Shown here piece by piece: positions 1 to 8,868 of a stretch of 32,000 nucleotides of DNA (position 1 is the stretch's first letter; each line of letters begins with the position of its first letter). Made by a program: the position numbers and the translations under genes. The notes under the pieces are model-generated. The model saw nothing but the letters and a program-made list of their open reading frames with translations. It ran no database searches and was not told where the DNA came from. The DNA is from Pseudoalteromonas tetraodonis (GTDB taxonomy: Bacteria; Pseudomonadota; Gammaproteobacteria; Enterobacterales; Alteromonadaceae): assembly GCF_002310835.1 (NCBI RefSeq), contig NZ_CP011041.1, positions 450,001 through 482,000 on the forward strand, written 5' to 3'.

Positions 1-419
1 TCTGAGGGTCTATCACCACTTGCTACACCTAAAATTAATCGGTTGTTGCTTAGCTCAGCCATTGTGTTCGCTGATTTTTTCACAAGCCAAGGCTGTCTTA
101 ATGGCAGAACAATAGCCGCAGTACCTAGTAAAATATTGTTTGTAATACCCACTAGGTAGCCTAAGTATGTAAACGCTTCAAATACTTGTGCAGCATCGCC
201 AAAGTTAGGGTCGTACAGTGGCACGTCTCTTACCCATGCAGTACTAAAGCCAAGCTCATCGGCTAATATAATGCGCTCTTTATGCTGTGACATATCAGGC
301 ACACCAAAAGGCTTGCCTTCTTTAATTCGTTTTTGTTGGCCATCTCTTGACCAGTCATTGTCTAGTGGCAGTTCAACACCAATTGAAAAGCCCAAGTTTT
401 TTAATTTATCAATAGTCAT
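1..419 (-). CDS. Luciferase-like (LLM class) flavin-dependent oxidoreductase, N-terminal part. The gene runs off the left edge of the window.
   Basis: Absent from the ORF track because there is no stop in the window. Reading the minus strand from ATG (419-417) gives MTIDKLKNLGFSIGVELPLDNDWSRDGQQKRIKEGKPFGVPDMSQHKERIILADELGFSTAWVRDVPLYDPNFGDAAQVFEAFTYLGYLVG..., open to position 1. An AAGAGG RBS lies 6 nt upstream. The family call rests on recognised sequence pattern only. It sits 37 nt downstream of the MFS gene on the same strand. Confidence 0.7.
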   Translation of the reverse strand, partial: MTIDKLKNLGFSIGVELPLDNDWSRDGQQKRIKEGKPFGVPDMSQHKERIILADELGFSTAWVRDVPLYDPNFGDAAQVFEAFTYLGYLVGITNNILLGTAAIVLPLRQPWLVKKSANTMAELSNNRLILGVASGDRPS

Positions 420-456
420 AATCAGCCTCTTTCGAAGAAAAAATTCGGGATTAAAT

Positions 457-1632
457 TTAAATAGCTTTCACTTGTTCGCGTGAATCTAGAAAACCCGATA
501 GTCGTGTTAATACAATGGCAAATATAACGATTGATGCGCCCACCCAAGGGGTGTCCATTAACTCCATGTCTTCTACAACAACACCGCCAATGATTGAGCC
601 AATTGCAATACCGACATTAAAGGTCGCTATATTTAAACCTGATGCAACATCTACAGCATTAGGCGTATGTTTTTGTGCTAGCTGCACAACATAGACTTGC
701 AGACCTGGTACGTTACCAAAAGCGAAGGCGCCCCAGATAAGTAGTGTTAAAACAGCGCCAATTTGATTACCAGCTGTAAATGTAAATACAAAAAGAATGA
801 TAGCGAGTGCGCTAAAAATACCTGTTAACGCTTTTACTGGCCCCATGCGGTCAGCTAGTTTTCCACCCCAAATATTGCCTATTGCTACTGAAACTCCATA
901 AACAAGCATAATTAAGCCAATTGAACTGGATTCGAAACCAGAAACCTGCTCTAAAATTGGGGCTAAATAGGTAAAGGCTACGAAAGTGCCGCCGTAGCCA
1001 ACAGCTGTAATAGCGTAAACTAAAAGTAATCTAGGCTGTGTTAGCACTTTTAGTTGCTCTGAGATTTTTGCCGGTACCGCTTTTTTTAAGTTTGATGGTA
1101 CAAGAATCGCGCTACCAATAAGTGCGATTAAGCCCAATATAGAAACGATTAAAAATGTTGCTCTCCAGCCCAGCTCTTGCCCAATCCACGTACCTAAAGG
1201 CACACCGGTCACTAAGGCTACGGTTAAGCCCGTAAACATGATTGCGATTGCGCTGGCTTCTTTTTCTTTAGCAACTAAGCTCGTTGCAATGGTTGAACCA
1301 ATAGAGAAAAACACACCATGAGCCAATCCTGTTAGGATTCGGGCTACTATTAGGGTTTCATAACTTGGGGCTTGCCAAGCAAGTAGGTTACCTGCGACAA
1401 ATAAAGCCATTAAAACTAATAAAACAGATTTACGATTCCAACGACCGGTTAATGCTGTTAGCACTGGCGCTCCAATAGCGACACCGAGTGCGTATAAGCT
1501 GACTAATAAGCCTGCTGATGGTAGTGAAACACCTAAGTCTGCTGCAATAGTTGGTACTAAGCCAACAATTACAAACTCAGTTGTTCCTATAGCGAATGCG
1601 CTGAGTGTAAGCGCCAATAATGCTAAAGGCAT
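457..1632 (-). CDS. MFS transporter (DHA1-type, YdhP/AraJ-like, about 12 TM segments)
   Basis: ORF 457..1692 is hydrophobic throughout, with an MFS-like N-terminus (LALTLSAFAIGTTEFVIVGLVPTIAADLGVS). The track start at 1692 is GTG. The internal ATG at 1632 (MPLALLAL...) has a GAGGAA RBS and is the more likely start. Confidence 0.85.
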   Translation of the reverse strand: MPLALLALTLSAFAIGTTEFVIVGLVPTIAADLGVSLPSAGLLVSLYALGVAIGAPVLTALTGRWNRKSVLLVLMALFVAGNLLAWQAPSYETLIVARILTGLAHGVFFSIGSTIATSLVAKEKEASAIAIMFTGLTVALVTGVPLGTWIGQELGWRATFLIVSILGLIALIGSAILVPSNLKKAVPAKISEQLKVLTQPRLLLVYAITAVGYGGTFVAFTYLAPILEQVSGFESSSIGLIMLVYGVSVAIGNIWGGKLADRMGPVKALTGIFSALAIILFVFTFTAGNQIGAVLTLLIWGAFAFGNVPGLQVYVVQLAQKHTPNAVDVASGLNIATFNVGIAIGSIIGGVVVEDMELMDTPWVGASIVIFAIVLTRLSGFLDSREQVKAI

Positions 1633-1864
1633 TTGTAGTTCCTCAATAATTAATGTGGGGTAATTTTCATTTAATTTAAGGGGAAGAAACACAGCGTATT
1701 TCTCAAAACAATTTTGTTAAAAATGCAAAAGTAAAAATGTTGGCTTGTTATTTTCAATAAAATAAGGGGCCCAGTAGTAGGTTTAATAAAGCTGTTAAAA
1801 CGGCAGGTTTTATGCGGGTTCAGAGTATGGGGTATTGGCTAGTATAAATGGGGGAGGGAAGCCA

Positions 1865-1908
1865 CAAAAAAACGGCAAACAGGGTGCGGTTGCATCTCGT
1901 TTGCCGTT
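1865..1908 (-). terminator. Rho-independent terminator after the cyclase-family gene
   Basis: A 10-bp perfect stem, AACGGCAAAC (1871-1880) pairing with GTTTGCCGTT (1899-1908). On the minus strand it is followed by a T-run (the A-run at 1866-1872 on plus). It lies 24 nt past the stop at 1932. Confidence 0.75.
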
Positions 1909-1931
1909 AAATAACTATGTCTAAATGGGTG

Positions 1932-2873
1932 TTACAAAATAGCGACAGGGTTAATTTGCACCTGAGTAGAGCCTTCGTATAGAGGGTGGCCAAGTACGAA
2001 CATAAATTCCCAGGCTTGATCTTTTGCTAGGTCGTCACACAAAATGTTTTCAAGCACGTGTACGCCGTAATTAGTGGCCATCATTTGGTTTACAGGAAAT
2101 GAAAGACTAGGATCTTCATGCGGAACGGCTTCAGATGACCAGTTATCGGCACCTACTGCAATAACGCCTTTTTCGGCAAGGTACTTACCACCTTCAACGC
2201 CAATACCTGGGCCGCCCGCAAGGTAACGTTCGTTATCTTTACCCATTAAGTCAGACCAACCGGTACAAAATAAAACAACATCGCCTTTTTGAATATCTAC
2301 GCCTTGTTGTTTGGCTACTGCGTCAATTTCTTTTTTATTAAAGGTGGTGCCCTCGTTCACTATATCTTGGTTAAAATAAGGACGCATGTCTAATAATACA
2401 CCACGATAAACCATTGGTGGGACTTTCTCTAGACCGAGTTTTTTAACGCCTGTTACAGTCATAAAATCAGATACTTTATGGCCGTTATAATGAACGTTGT
2501 CGCGGCCATAGTGCGCTAGGCCATTAATTTGAGAGCCTACACCAGTCCAGCCAATAATTTGGTCATCGATATAAGTAAATTTATTTGTACCAAATGTTTT
2601 AGGTTCAGGCTGCGACGTATGAACTTCAAAGTAACGGTGACGAAATGCTGGGGTATCTTTATTTACCGCCATGCCTAAACCGTACACTTTACCTTGTTTT
2701 ATTAATTTTGATGCTGTTAATACAGAGCTTGGAGTAATGTAATTCATTGCGCCAATTTCATCATCGGCCCCCCACTTTGAAGTAGGTACTTGATCGGCCG
2801 CGTTAACACCAGCAGAAAGTGTAAGTACTGCACTTAGAGCAGTGGCTATTTTCAATTTTTTATGTGCTTTCAT
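1932..2873 (-). CDS. Cyclase-family protein (arylformamidase-like fold) with an N-terminal signal peptide
   Basis: A 313-aa ORF. The N-terminus MKAHKKLKIATALSAVLTLSAGVNA/ADQ looks like a Sec signal peptide. The body resembles the putative cyclase family (recognised by pattern, not searched). Confidence 0.7.
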   Translation of the reverse strand: MKAHKKLKIATALSAVLTLSAGVNAADQVPTSKWGADDEIGAMNYITPSSVLTASKLIKQGKVYGLGMAVNKDTPAFRHRYFEVHTSQPEPKTFGTNKFTYIDDQIIGWTGVGSQINGLAHYGRDNVHYNGHKVSDFMTVTGVKKLGLEKVPPMVYRGVLLDMRPYFNQDIVNEGTTFNKKEIDAVAKQQGVDIQKGDVVLFCTGWSDLMGKDNERYLAGGPGIGVEGGKYLAEKGVIAVGADNWSSEAVPHEDPSLSFPVNQMMATNYGVHVLENILCDDLAKDQAWEFMFVLGHPLYEGSTQVQINPVAIL

Positions 2874-3214
2874 ATTGCTATTACCTTGTATTTAATTTTA
2901 GAGGTGCAAAGCATATTTGCTATGACGTGGCCTACTATATTTAAAACAACGTGAATAATTGATAGTTGAAAACACAAAACTCTTTTTCATTTTTTGCAAT
3001 TAACGAGCATATTAAATAATAGTGAATACACCTAATTAAAGCTTATGTAATCACTGTAAATAAGAATTAGTTTAATTTTATTATTTCATTTTTAACAAAA
3101 TAGATTTAACAACAATAGCGTTTTTAACATTTGGAAACCCTTACATAATCTCCTTGCTTTAAAAAAGAGGGCTCACTATAGAGCTTTCTAAATAATTAAT
3201 TTAGGAGATACACA

Positions 3215-3313
3215 ATGAAAATGAAAAAACACGTACTTGCTATTGCTGCAATCGTTTCAGCCTCACTCAGCTCTGCATCTGTAATGGCAGCAGATTTTGT
3301 TCTGCACAACTAA
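3215..3313 (+). pseudogene. Small signal-peptide ORF cut by the IS insertion
   Basis: AGGAGA RBS followed by ATG at 3215. The product is MKMKKHVLAIAAIVSASLSSASVMAADFVLHN*. Its last codons and stop lie inside the IS left end, which starts at 3303. The original continuation after 4523 is short or lost. Confidence 0.5.
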
Positions 3314-3314
3314 A

Positions 3315-4214
3315 TCAGGACACTTTTTTTAAGGAACTTTGCTCATACTTTACTGGCGATAGATCACCATGAGCAGTATGAAGTCGCTCTAAGTTGTAAT
3401 AGCGCATATACGCTGCCACATCATTTCTCATATGCTCACGAGTTGGTTGCGGAACTTTCAACAGCCAATCATGTTTTAAGCTGCCGAAGAATCATTCAAC
3501 AACCGCATTATCCCAACACGCACCGACATCGCCCATACTGGCTCTGACGCCATAACTCCATAGTAATTGTCGATATTGTTTACTGGTGTACTGTGAACCT
3601 CTATCACTGTGAAACACCAAGCTTTTTGGTGGCTGCCGTAAGTTATAAGCTTTCATCATCGCCTTGCTAACTAAGTCAGTCGTCATGCGTTTATCAATAT
3701 GCCAACCAACAATACGACGTGAATATAAGTCCATGACGATAGCCAGATACATCCAACCTTCGCCAGTTCTTAGATAAGTCACATCACCAGCCCACACCTG
3801 ATTTGGCGCAACAGGATTAAAGTTCTGATTCAAAAGATTATCAGCAACGGCATCACTGTGTTTACGCTTGGTTGTTACCTTGTATGCCACTCGTTGAGTA
3901 ACGACTAAACCAAGTGTTGCCATTAATTTCTGAACGCCATAATCACTGACGCTAAAGCCCTCACTGCGTAACTTCTTTCTAAGCTCTCGGTAGCCTAAGC
4001 TATTTCTGCTTTTCTTGAAGAAATACTTGGCCTTTCGATATAAATTAAGCTGCTCTACAGTAATTACTTTTGCTGGCCGCTTAAGCCAAGCATAATAAGC
4101 ACTGCGGCTTACTTTCATCACTTTGCAGAGCTTAACCACGGGAAACACCGAGGATAACTGCTTAATCGTTTTAAACGTTACTTGGTTTCTTTTAGCAGGA
4201 GGGCGCTGGCCTTT
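3315..4214 (-). pseudogene. IS3-family transposase OrfB (DDE), disrupted
   Basis: The track ORF 3492..4148 ends ...CWDNAVVE at a TGA (3494-3492). The same frame continues FFGSLKHDWLL...YYNLERLHTAHGDLSPVKYEQ... to a stop at 3317-3315 inside the IR. This is a nonsense codon in the conserved NAxxE(R/S)FFxxLK motif. In addition, the canonical -1 frame after the slippery site reads KKASALLLKETK and then hits TAA (4180-4178). OrfB proper is in the other frame, so one more frame change is needed. Confidence 0.65.
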
Positions 4215-4464
4215 TTAAAATTTCTTTTTCCATCCTTAGCTCTTTATTTTCCTTGCGAAGCCTTAACAGCTCAGCCCGCTCATCAGCATGCAAACTGGCA
4301 CCAGATTGTTCTGCTTCAACTTTAGCTTTCCAGTTATAAAGTAATTTATCTGTGATACCTAAAGACGCTGCTGCCTTAGGTACGCTGTAACCTTGCTCGG
4401 TTACCAATGCCACAGCTTCTTGTTTAAATTCTGCTGTGTAACTTCTGTTTGTTCGTTTTGTCAT
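4192..4464 (-). CDS. IS3-family transposase OrfA (HTH domain)
   Basis: A 90-aa ORF, MTKRTNRSYTAEFKQEAVALV...ENKELRMEKEILK, showing the classical IS3 OrfA pattern (helix-turn-helix plus leucine zipper). The slippery-like sequence TTTAAAAAGG lies at 4219-4210. Confidence 0.85.
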   Translation of the reverse strand: MTKRTNRSYTAEFKQEAVALVTEQGYSVPKAAASLGITDKLLYNWKAKVEAEQSGASLHADERAELLRLRKENKELRMEKEILKRPAPSC

Positions 4465-4590
4465 TTAACACCTCAATAATTGGATTATATTCCATTATTA
4501 AAGTGTCCTGTTTGATTAAAGCAGATCAGGGTTAGGTGATGAATAAATAAATGACGAATTGCTTTTAATTAATCCCAAACACAATCCTGC

Positions 4591-4625
4591 CGAACCCCGA
4601 ACCCCGAACCCCGAACCCCGAACCC
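4591..4625 (+). repeat. Heptamer array (GAACCCC)x5
   Basis: Five perfect tandem 7-nt units read directly. The array lies between the IS right end and trmJ. Confidence 0.95.
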
Positions 4626-4793
4626 CGCAATTAAGCTATTAGTTTCTCCGCAAGGTTGAGTTCCATTGTTGCTTTTAATAAACGGTATAAGTTAATTGAT
4701 GCGTCTATTTCTTCTTCTATTGAATATAGGATCTCAGCGCGTTTTCATGCTAGAATTTGCGCAATTTTTTTGTACTCGATAAGTAGCACTGTA

Positions 4794-5519
4794 ATGATCT
4801 TAGATGATATTCGCATCGTTTTAGTAAACACATCACACTCTGGTAACATTGGTTCAGCGGCGCGCGCCATGAAAACCATGGGATTATCAAAGTTATACCT
4901 TGTTGATCCAGCCTGTGAAATAGACAGTCATGCAAGTGCGCTTGCTGCAGGTGCGACTGATGTACTAGGTAATGCTGTTATTGTTGATAGTGTTGCAGAT
5001 GCGATTGCTGATTGTGCATTAACGATTGGTACTAGCGCCCGCTCGCGTACATTGTCGTGGCCTATGGTAGAGCCGAGAGAATGTGGTGAAAAGCTTGTTG
5101 GCGAAGCCGTAAACGGCCCTGTAGCGCTTGTGTTTGGCCGTGAAAACAGTGGCTTAACTAATGAAGAATTACAACTGTGTAATTACCATGTGTGTATTCC
5201 TGCTAACCCAGAATACAGCTCACTTAATTTAGCCATGGCTGTGCAAACCTTATGTTATGAAACGCGTATGGCGTTTTTAAATCAGCAACCTAAGGCTGTT
5301 CAAGAAGAAGACGACACCCAATATCCATCGTCTAAACAAACAGAACTGTTTTACGAACATCTTGAAGACACTTTGTTTAAAACAGGCTTCATCATTAAGC
5401 AGCACCCAGGCATGGTAATGACTAAGCTACGTCGCTTGTTTAATCGTGCTCGCCCTGAAGATGCTGAAATGAACATATTACGAGGTATTCTTACCTCAAT
5501 TAATAAGTCTATAAAATAG
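4794..5519 (+). CDS. trmJ: tRNA (cytidine/uridine-2'-O)-methyltransferase TrmJ
   Basis: The SpoU-type sequence [31 protein letters not shown]... closely mirrors the enterobacterial TrmJ N-terminus. The position just upstream of iscR is the conserved one. The track ORF starts at 4656, but its 46-aa extension is low-complexity and not TrmJ-like, so ATG 4794 is preferred. Confidence 0.85.
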   Translation: MILDDIRIVLVNTSHSGNIGSAARAMKTMGLSKLYLVDPACEIDSHASALAAGATDVLGNAVIVDSVADAIADCALTIGTSARSRTLSWPMVEPRECGEKLVGEAVNGPVALVFGRENSGLTNEELQLCNYHVCIPANPEYSSLNLAMAVQTLCYETRMAFLNQQPKAVQEEDDTQYPSSKQTELFYEHLEDTLFKTGFIIKQHPGMVMTKLRRLFNRARPEDAEMNILRGILTSINKSIK

Positions 5520-5556
5520 CAATTAGTTATAAATAGCGCCCTTTATTGCTCTACTA

Positions 5557-5695
5557 ATACTTGACTAAATTACTCAGGTAATTACAATAGACTCAATACT
5601 TGACCAAAACAGTCGGGTATTACAAGTTTATCGGCTGGCATTCGAGGCTAGCCAATCAGGATAATACTTGACTAATCTACTCTGGTAATTAAAAT
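5557..5695 (+). promoter_or_regulatory. Three IscR type-1 boxes, each overlapping a sigma70-like promoter; the iscR promoter region
   Basis: The boxes are ATACTTGACTAAATTACTCAGGTAA (5557-5581), ATACTTGACCAAAACAGTCGGGTAT (5596-5620) and ATACTTGACTAATCTACTCTGGTAA (5664-5688). They fit the E. coli type-1 consensus ATASYYGACTRWWWYAGTCRRSTAT with about 1-4 mismatches. The proximal box contains TTGACT (5668-5673), then 16 nt, then TAAAAT (5690-5695), about 27 nt before the iscR ATG. Confidence 0.7.
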
Positions 5696-5721
5696 TTGCA
5701 CTCTTTTGTGCGGGGGGCGTT

Positions 5722-6213
5722 ATGAAGTTAACATCAAAAGGCAGATACGCCGTTACAGCCATGCTGGATGTTGCACTACATGCAAATATAGGCCCTGTAG
5801 CGCTTGCAGATATTTCGCAGCGCCAAGAAATTTCTTTGTCTTATCTTGAGCAATTATTTGCCCGTTTACGTAAAAATGGGCTAGTGAGTTCTGTTCGAGG
5901 TCCTGGTGGGGGCTATTTACTAGGACGTGAGGCTGACGTAATTTCAGTTGGCGATGTTATCAATGCGGTAGATGAATCTGTTGACGCTACACGGTGTCAG
6001 CGAAGCAATACTGGTTGTCAAAGTGGTATGCGTTGTTTAACCCATACATTGTGGTCAGACTTAAGCGCACGAATTGAAGAATTTTTAAATAATATTACCT
6101 TAGCTGAACTGGTTGAAAAGTCGGACGTTAAAGCGGTCGCTCTTCGCCAAGAAAACAGCGTTAATGATGCAATTAAGCAGTTGGAAAATATTCAAGTAAG
6201 CTGTCAACTTTAA
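5722..6213 (+). CDS. iscR: Fe-S cluster assembly transcriptional regulator IscR (Rrf2 family)
   Basis: [20 protein letters not shown]... is an Rrf2 wHTH N-terminus. Cys residues in ...[15 protein letters not shown]... could ligate a cluster. It is the first gene of the isc operon. Confidence 0.95.
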   Translation: MKLTSKGRYAVTAMLDVALHANIGPVALADISQRQEISLSYLEQLFARLRKNGLVSSVRGPGGGYLLGREADVISVGDVINAVDESVDATRCQRSNTGCQSGMRCLTHTLWSDLSARIEEFLNNITLAELVEKSDVKAVALRQENSVNDAIKQLENIQVSCQL

Positions 6214-6237
6214 GGTTGACCTGCAGCGGAGAGAGAA

Positions 6238-7455
6238 ATGAAGTTACCGATTTATTTAGATTACGCAGCAACTACGCCTGTTGACGAACGAGTTGCCAAA
6301 GAAATGATGCAGTGCCTGACTATGGACGGTAATTTTGGTAATCCAGCATCGCGTTCACACCGTTTTGGTTGGCAAGCTGAAGAAGTCGTTGACCAAGCAC
6401 GTACTGACATTGCCGATTTAATTAATGCAGACCCTCGTGAAATTGTATTCACATCGGGGGCAACAGAATCAAATAACCTTGCTATTAAAGGTGCGGCTCA
6501 GTTTTACAAGAAAAAAGGTAAGCATGTTATTACCGCTAAAACTGAACACAAAGCGGTTATCGACACATGTCGTGAGCTTGAGCGTCAAGGGTTTGAAGTA
6601 ACTTATATGGACGTTGAAGAAAACGGCCTACTTGATCTGCAAAAATTAGCAGATACGATGCGTGACGACACCGTGCTTGTAAGTATTATGCATGTAAATA
6701 ACGAGCTAGGTGTAATCCAAGACATCAATACTATTGGTGAAATGTGTCGCGAACGTAAAATTATGTTCCACGTAGATGCAGCACAAAGCGCAGGTAAAGT
6801 TTTAATTGACGTGCAACAAACCAAAGTAGATTTTATGTCATTCTCGGCGCACAAAGTATACGGCCCTAAAGGCGTAGGTGCTTTGTATGTTCGTCGTAAA
6901 CCACGTGCTCGTTTAGAAGCACAAATGCACGGTGGCGGCCATGAACGTGGTATGCGTTCTGGTACATTAGCAACCCATCAGTTAGTAGGTATGGGCGCAG
7001 CATTTAGAATTGCAAAACAAGATTTTGAAAAAGATCACGCACACATCAGTGCGTTACGTAAACGCCTAATCGACGGCATTTTAACAGATATGGACGAAGT
7101 GTACTTTAACGGCACACAAGACCAATCAGTACCTGGTATTGTTAATATCAGCTTTAACTTTGTTGAAGGTGAGTCGTTACTAATGGCCGTTAAAGATATT
7201 GCGGTATCGTCAGGTTCAGCCTGTACATCTGCAAGTTTAGAGCCTTCTTACGTATTACGTGCATTAGGCCGCAACGACGAATTAGCGCACAGCTCAATTC
7301 GTTTTAGTATTGGCCGCTTTACCACCGAAGAAGAGATTGATTACACCGTTGAGCTAATGAAAAACTCGATTGGCCGTTTACGTGAAATGTCTCCTCTTTG
7401 GGAAATGCACCAAGAAGGTGTTGATTTAGATTCAGTTGAATGGGCGCACCACTAA
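6238..7455 (+). CDS. iscS: Cysteine desulfurase IscS
   Basis: 405 aa. It has the [15 protein letters not shown]-terminus, the [15 protein letters not shown]-lysine motif, the SSGSACTS active-site Cys loop and the C-terminal WAHH. All are hallmark IscS features. Confidence 0.97.
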   Translation: MKLPIYLDYAATTPVDERVAKEMMQCLTMDGNFGNPASRSHRFGWQAEEVVDQARTDIADLINADPREIVFTSGATESNNLAIKGAAQFYKKKGKHVITAKTEHKAVIDTCRELERQGFEVTYMDVEENGLLDLQKLADTMRDDTVLVSIMHVNNELGVIQDINTIGEMCRERKIMFHVDAAQSAGKVLIDVQQTKVDFMSFSAHKVYGPKGVGALYVRRKPRARLEAQMHGGGHERGMRSGTLATHQLVGMGAAFRIAKQDFEKDHAHISALRKRLIDGILTDMDEVYFNGTQDQSVPGIVNISFNFVEGESLLMAVKDIAVSSGSACTSASLEPSYVLRALGRNDELAHSSIRFSIGRFTTEEEIDYTVELMKNSIGRLREMSPLWEMHQEGVDLDSVEWAHH

Positions 7456-7495
7456 TTAGTGGAGCCCATACCTAGCAGGTAGTGAGGATAGAATT

Positions 7496-7879
7496 ATGGC
7501 TTACAGTGATAAAGTAATCGACCACGTAGAAAACCCACGTAACGTAGGTGCTCTAGATAAAAACGATCCGTCAGTGGCAACGGGTATGGTAGGCGCACCA
7601 GCATGTGGTGACGTAATGAAACTGCAAATTAAAGTTTCAGCAGAAGGCGTGATTGAAGATGCAAAATTCAAAACGTACGGCTGTGGTAGTGCAATTGCTT
7701 CATCTTCACTGGTAACAGAGTGGGTTAAAGGCAAAACATTAGACGAAGCGTCTACTATCAAAAATACTGATATCAGCGCAGAGCTAGAATTACCACCAGT
7801 GAAAATTCACTGTTCAATTTTAGCCGAAGATGCAATTCAAGCAGCAATTGCAGATTACAAAAGCAAACATACAAACTAA
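7496..7879 (+). CDS. iscU: Fe-S cluster scaffold IscU
   Basis: 127 aa, with MAYSDKVIDHVENPRNVG, GAPACGDVMKL, YGCGSAIASSS and LPPVKIHCS motifs. Confidence 0.97.
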   Translation: MAYSDKVIDHVENPRNVGALDKNDPSVATGMVGAPACGDVMKLQIKVSAEGVIEDAKFKTYGCGSAIASSSLVTEWVKGKTLDEASTIKNTDISAELELPPVKIHCSILAEDAIQAAIADYKSKHTN

Positions 7880-7888
7880 GAGATATTC

Positions 7889-8212
7889 ATGGCAGTGACA
7901 TTGACAGATGCGGCAGCAAACCGCGTACAATCATTTTTAGCAAACCGTGGTAAAGGCATAGGCCTGCGAGTTGGCATTAAAACGACGGGCTGTTCAGGTC
8001 TTGCTTATGTATTAGAGTTTGTTGATGAGCTAAACGATGACGATGAAACATTTGCGGCCAAAGGCGTTACCTTAATTGTTGACGCTAAAAGCTTAGTTTA
8101 TATCGACGGCACTGAGCTCGACTACACTAAAGAAGGCTTAAATGAAGGGTTTAAATTTAACAACCCTAATCAAGCTGATGAGTGTGGTTGTGGCGAAAGC
8201 TTTACCGTTTAA
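7889..8212 (+). CDS. iscA: Fe-S cluster insertion protein IscA (A-type carrier)
   Basis: 107 aa, with GCSGLAY and C-terminal CGCGESF motifs. The operon position fits. Confidence 0.95.
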   Translation: MAVTLTDAAANRVQSFLANRGKGIGLRVGIKTTGCSGLAYVLEFVDELNDDDETFAAKGVTLIVDAKSLVYIDGTELDYTKEGLNEGFKFNNPNQADECGCGESFTV

Positions 8213-8298
8213 GCTCAAACTTGTTTTGGATACCTAAGCTACTTGGGTATAACTAAGCCCTGCCAATTAATGTAGGGCTTTGTCATTTGTGAGAAGTT

Positions 8299-8826
8299 AT
8301 GCGTTATTTTGAGTTATTTGCAATTCCCGTTGACTACAATATTGATTTAGCAACGATTAACAAGCACTACTTAGAACTTCAACGTGCTGTTCACCCTGAT
8401 CGCCATGCTAACGCTAGCAGTCGTGATAAATTAATGGCCGTACAAAGTACTGCCGAAATTAATGATGCACTGCAAACACTTAAGCATCCGGTTAAACGTG
8501 CAGAATATATGCTGAGCGAGCTAGGCGTAGATATTCGTGCTGAGCAGCAAACATTGCAAGATCCCATGTTTTTAATGCAGCAAATGGAGCTTCGCGAAGA
8601 ACTTGAAGAGTTAGCGAGCGCAAGCGATCCTGATTCTGCTATTGCCCATTTTGAAAAACAAATCAAACAGCTTGATCAGCAATACAGTGCGCAATTGGCA
8701 GAGCAGTTAGCAAGTAACGATGAGCAGCAATATCAACAAGCAGCAGACAGTATCCGTAAGCTAAAGTTTGTTTATAAGTTACGCGACGAACTTGAACGCA
8801 TTGAAGACAGTTTATTTGACGATTAA
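8299..8826 (+). CDS. hscB: Co-chaperone HscB
   Basis: 175 aa. It has a J-domain with an HPD motif (AVHPDRHA). It lies between iscA and hscA. Confidence 0.93.
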   Translation: MRYFELFAIPVDYNIDLATINKHYLELQRAVHPDRHANASSRDKLMAVQSTAEINDALQTLKHPVKRAEYMLSELGVDIRAEQQTLQDPMFLMQQMELREELEELASASDPDSAIAHFEKQIKQLDQQYSAQLAEQLASNDEQQYQQAADSIRKLKFVYKLRDELERIEDSLFDD

Positions 8827-8868
8827 TTCACTTGCTGCAAAGCGAGCAACACGAGTTTAAAGAGCATT

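Larger units (their letters stand above)
3303..4523 (-). mobile_element. IS3-family insertion sequence (IS911-like group), about 1.2 kb, probably inactive
   Basis: Imperfect terminal inverted repeats TGCACAACTAAATCAGGACACTTT (3303-) and the reverse complement of AAAGTGTCCTGTTTGATTAAAGCA (-4523), giving TG...CA ends. It carries an orfA/orfB pair typical of IS3. No clean target-site duplication is visible (flanks are GTTC and GATC), so the ends are good to a few nt only. Confidence 0.8.

Noticed and set aside
271-483. 70-aa plus-strand ORF from the track
   Set aside because: It lies antisense to the luciferase-like oxidoreductase start region and the MFS gene stop. Its composition is low-complexity, it has no RBS, and the opposite strand has a far better coding explanation.
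3296-4526. GCAGAT at both IS flanks (3289-3294 and 4521-4526) as a possible target-site duplication
   Set aside because: Using it would move the IS ends away from the TG...CA termini and break the inverted-repeat alignment. IS3-group elements normally make 3-4 bp duplications. It was treated as coincidence.
4656-4793. 46-aa N-terminal extension of trmJ suggested by the track, and the antisense ORF 4750-4935
   Set aside because: The extension is not TrmJ-like, whereas the conserved TrmJ N-terminus begins exactly at ATG 4794. The antisense ORF has no support.
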